NCBI GenBank assembly: GCA_043228905.1
Contig: JBHGNT010000080.1
Span: 37,725 to 101,724 of the forward strand
DNA from: Azolla caroliniana
Lineage: Eukaryota; Plantae; Polypodiophyta
Length of the DNA stretch: 64,000 nucleotides
Direction: 5' to 3'
This document shows positions 61,166 to 64,000 of this stretch, piece by piece. The notes under the pieces are model-generated. The model searched no databases. It was given only the letters and a program-made list of their open reading frames with translations, and was not told the origin of the DNA. How positions within the stretch are numbered: position 1 is the stretch's first letter; each line of letters starts with the position of its first letter. Position numbers and translations under genes: made by a program.

Positions 61166-61701
61166 TGTCATGAAGACATACATCTTGGCTTATCATGACA
61201 TTCATCTTGGCGAACCAGGAATCGAACCCGTAACCTCTTGGTTTACATATTGTACTTTAACCATTGTAATAACATATGTGAGATGTAATCATAATAATTA
61301 TATGTTTAGTTATTACGAGATATTTAGAACATTCTAGATTATTCTAGAATGTTCTTGAATATTTCATGATTATATTTATTATTATTATTATTCATAAATA
61401 TCTAAAATATTCTAGAACATTCTAGAATACTCCATAAGGGCCTATAAATAAGAGTCCATACACTCATCACAACTCATTCGGTTCAACACCAGTCTTTAGC
61501 CCTTAGCCTACTCCTTGTAATCTTCTTTCTCATAATATAATCGCATTCCCATTTCTTATCTCTCACTTATACTTTTCTCTCTCTCGCACTCTCTCCCTCT
61601 TTCACTCTCTTTCTATCACTATCGCTATCTCTACCGCTCTCGCCATCTCTATCGTTATCGTTATCTCTATCGCCATCGCTCTCTCTCTGCTTCCTACTCA
61701 A
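61166..61701 (+). repeat. Chromovirus LTR lacking its last ~11 bp
   Basis: Near-identical to 43222-43757. Confidence 0.92.
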
Positions 61702-63919
61702 AATGACCATAGCGAGTGCGGAACGCCGTCTTCCATTCATCCCCAGGACGAATTCGAACAAGGTTGTAGGCACCTCGAAGATCTAACTTCGTGAAATACT
61801 TTGCTTCACTGAGGCGTTCTAGAAGGCTTGAGATCAATGGGAGAGCATATCGGTTTCTAACGGTCACTTTATTCAAGCCTCGATAATCCACGACCATACG
61901 AAGCGTACCATCTTTCTTCTTAACGAAAAAGATGGGTGCACCAGCAGGAGATTTTGAATGTTGGATAAAACCATTTGCCAAGTTCTCATTGATATATTCT
62001 CGAAGAACCTCTAACTCCGTGGGCGAAAGATTATAAATTGGTCCCCATGGAGGCTCTTTTCCTGGCTGCAAATCAATTGGGCAATCATATGGTCGATGCT
62101 CTGGTAGTCTATTAGCCTTCACCTTATCGAACACATCGGAGAATTCTATGTACTTCTTTGGTAGTTGGACCCCCAATTCTTGTGAGCTAGATGAGGGAGT
62201 TGCTAAAACCGCAAATACCATCATGTCTTCCTTTCTTCCATCCTCTCGTAATTGATGTATAGAGATTGTTGAAATTGTGGGGGATCCTAGATCCTTAGTT
62301 GGAGCTTCAAGAGACTTGGATTGTACGGTGACCTCTTCAATAGTTCTTTTTCTCCAATCAATGGTTGGGTTATGTAACTCAAACCAAGGAAGACCAAGAA
62401 CTAGAGAGTGCTCCGGACTACTAATGATGTTAAATGAGATGACACTAGCCAAATTACCTAGGACTACACGAATTGGTTCAGACTCTTCGACTATATCTCC
62501 TGATGCTATAGGGCGACCATCGATGACTCCTACAGCTACTGGGTTTGGGAGTTTTTTCAAGATGATGTTTTGAGTCAATGCAAACTCGCGATCCATGAAA
62601 CAAGAATTGGCTCCGGAATCTAGGAGGGCAGAGGCTAGGGCGCGATGACCTGTAGATGTGCTAAGCTCGACTTGTGCAGAAAAAACTCTACTAACTTGAT
62701 TTGATGAAATGGAACCACAACTAGGTACTGACTCTACATAACTAGGATGGTCCAACCAAATGGCTCCTATTTTGGCCGGACTTATTCGTTTAACACATCC
62801 TCTAATTGGCTCAAGACATCAAATCTATTCTCATGGCATGGGCTAGTAGGCTTAGTACTTAAGTTATTAGAAGTGATAGTAGAACTTGATGTAGGGTTGT
62901 CATGTGCACTTACTTGGTAAACTTGACGCCTGGGTTTATGTGGACAATTCACAGCTATATGTCCTGGACCACCACAGTAGAGGCATAGGCGATGCGCCCG
63001 ACGTCGTTGTTTCTCAGCATCTGATAAGGGCCCGCGACGTTGTGTCGACTCTATTTCCATCGGAGTGGGACCATCCCTCGTAACAGGTCTAGAACCTTGG
63101 TGGCGGTGTGGCGACTATAGAAGCGTATGTCTGTTCCGGTTTGGCGGATGTAACATTTGTTGACGTTCAGAACGTCGCTCAAATAGGCGATTATCACATC
63201 GCACAGCTCGGCTAATAGCTTCAGTAAGAGACTTTGGATCTTCATGGAAAGTAAGAAGAAGATCTTTGACATCGTTACGCAAACCCTGACGGAATTGATC
63301 CATTAAGGCTGCCTCATCCCAAGGGATGTCGCATGCCAAGAGACGGAAATCTGCGGCATAAGCTGAAGCGGGACGATCTCCTTGTCGGAGTCTTCGAATC
63401 TTGTTTATTGCAGTCCTAGTGCTATCCGTATCTCCAAAACTAGCTTGAAACTCCTTAACGAATGCCTCGAAATCCTCCAGTAATGGTGATTTTCTTCTCA
63501 AGAAGTGGTGCAAACCATGCTAACGCTGTACCGCTTAGCAAGGTTCCTATTAATCCCACACGGGCAAGCATCAGTATGGATACCGATTGGGATGTAACCT
63601 GAATCACCAAACCGAACTTGATTCAGGAAACCTCGAAAGAGAGATCTGGTACCATCAAAACTTGGCAGGGAGGCTAATCTTTGGTTCCCTTGGGGAGTTT
63701 TGAACCCCCGCCGCTTTGTTCTCATAATGCTAATATAGTAGCCTCAAGTTGATGAACCCGTTGTGATAACTCCTCATATTGATGAGCTTTCTCAGTACTG
63801 ACTTGTTGAAGATCCCCGAGTAGCCTTTGATTTTCTTGCTCTAATGCCACAAACTTAGTGGTGAGCATATCGAGCTCCGAAAGGACACGCATATACTCTT
63901 GCTTGCTGACCGACTCCAT
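61694..63919 (-). pseudogene. Chromovirus gag, protease and N-terminal RT, inverted relative to the adjacent LTR and frameshifted
   Basis: [55 protein letters not shown]...[12 protein letters not shown]. Confidence 0.88.
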
Positions 63920-64000
63920 AACCGCGGGGGAAAAAGAAAGAAGGATAAAGAAGAAAGCTTGCTAGGGTTATGTGGAGAAAGGGAAAAGAAATATTCGGTT

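Overview
Eukaryotic land-plant DNA. A fern or other non-seed plant is the most likely source, inferred from the intronless PLS-E PPR gene, a Tcn1-like chromovirus and a Gypsy with fungal-like motifs. 1-21 kb is nested transposons. A composite Gypsy insertion (gag-only element A fused to the gag-pol and 3' LTR of a related element B) sits inside a coiled-coil ORF with a GCGC target-site duplication. It is followed by a 5'-truncated L1-like LINE, an RTE-like LINE relic and a Copia relic. 22-57 kb is a heavily rearranged gene locus. A six-exon histidine phosphotransfer (AHP/HPt) gene, missed by the ORF track, is split by a 7.7-kb intron 3. That intron holds a duplicated PPR gene, a Copia solo LTR, a 5' fragment of adenylosuccinate lyase and a ~488-bp tandem repeat. 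AHP exons 4-6 occur four times (two sense, two antisense) inside the repeat array, and 27.8-57.3 kb forms a large imperfect palindrome with fold-back junctions. 56.6-64 kb is a Tork/Tnt1-like Copia interrupted by a rearranged chromovirus. Two observations stand out. First, an antisense tRNA-like Pol III A-box/B-box module recurs in U3 of three different Gypsy LTR families. Second, the AHP/PPR/ADSL/satellite palindrome could produce hairpin RNA. Coordinates were counted by hand, and boundaries may be off by a few bases.
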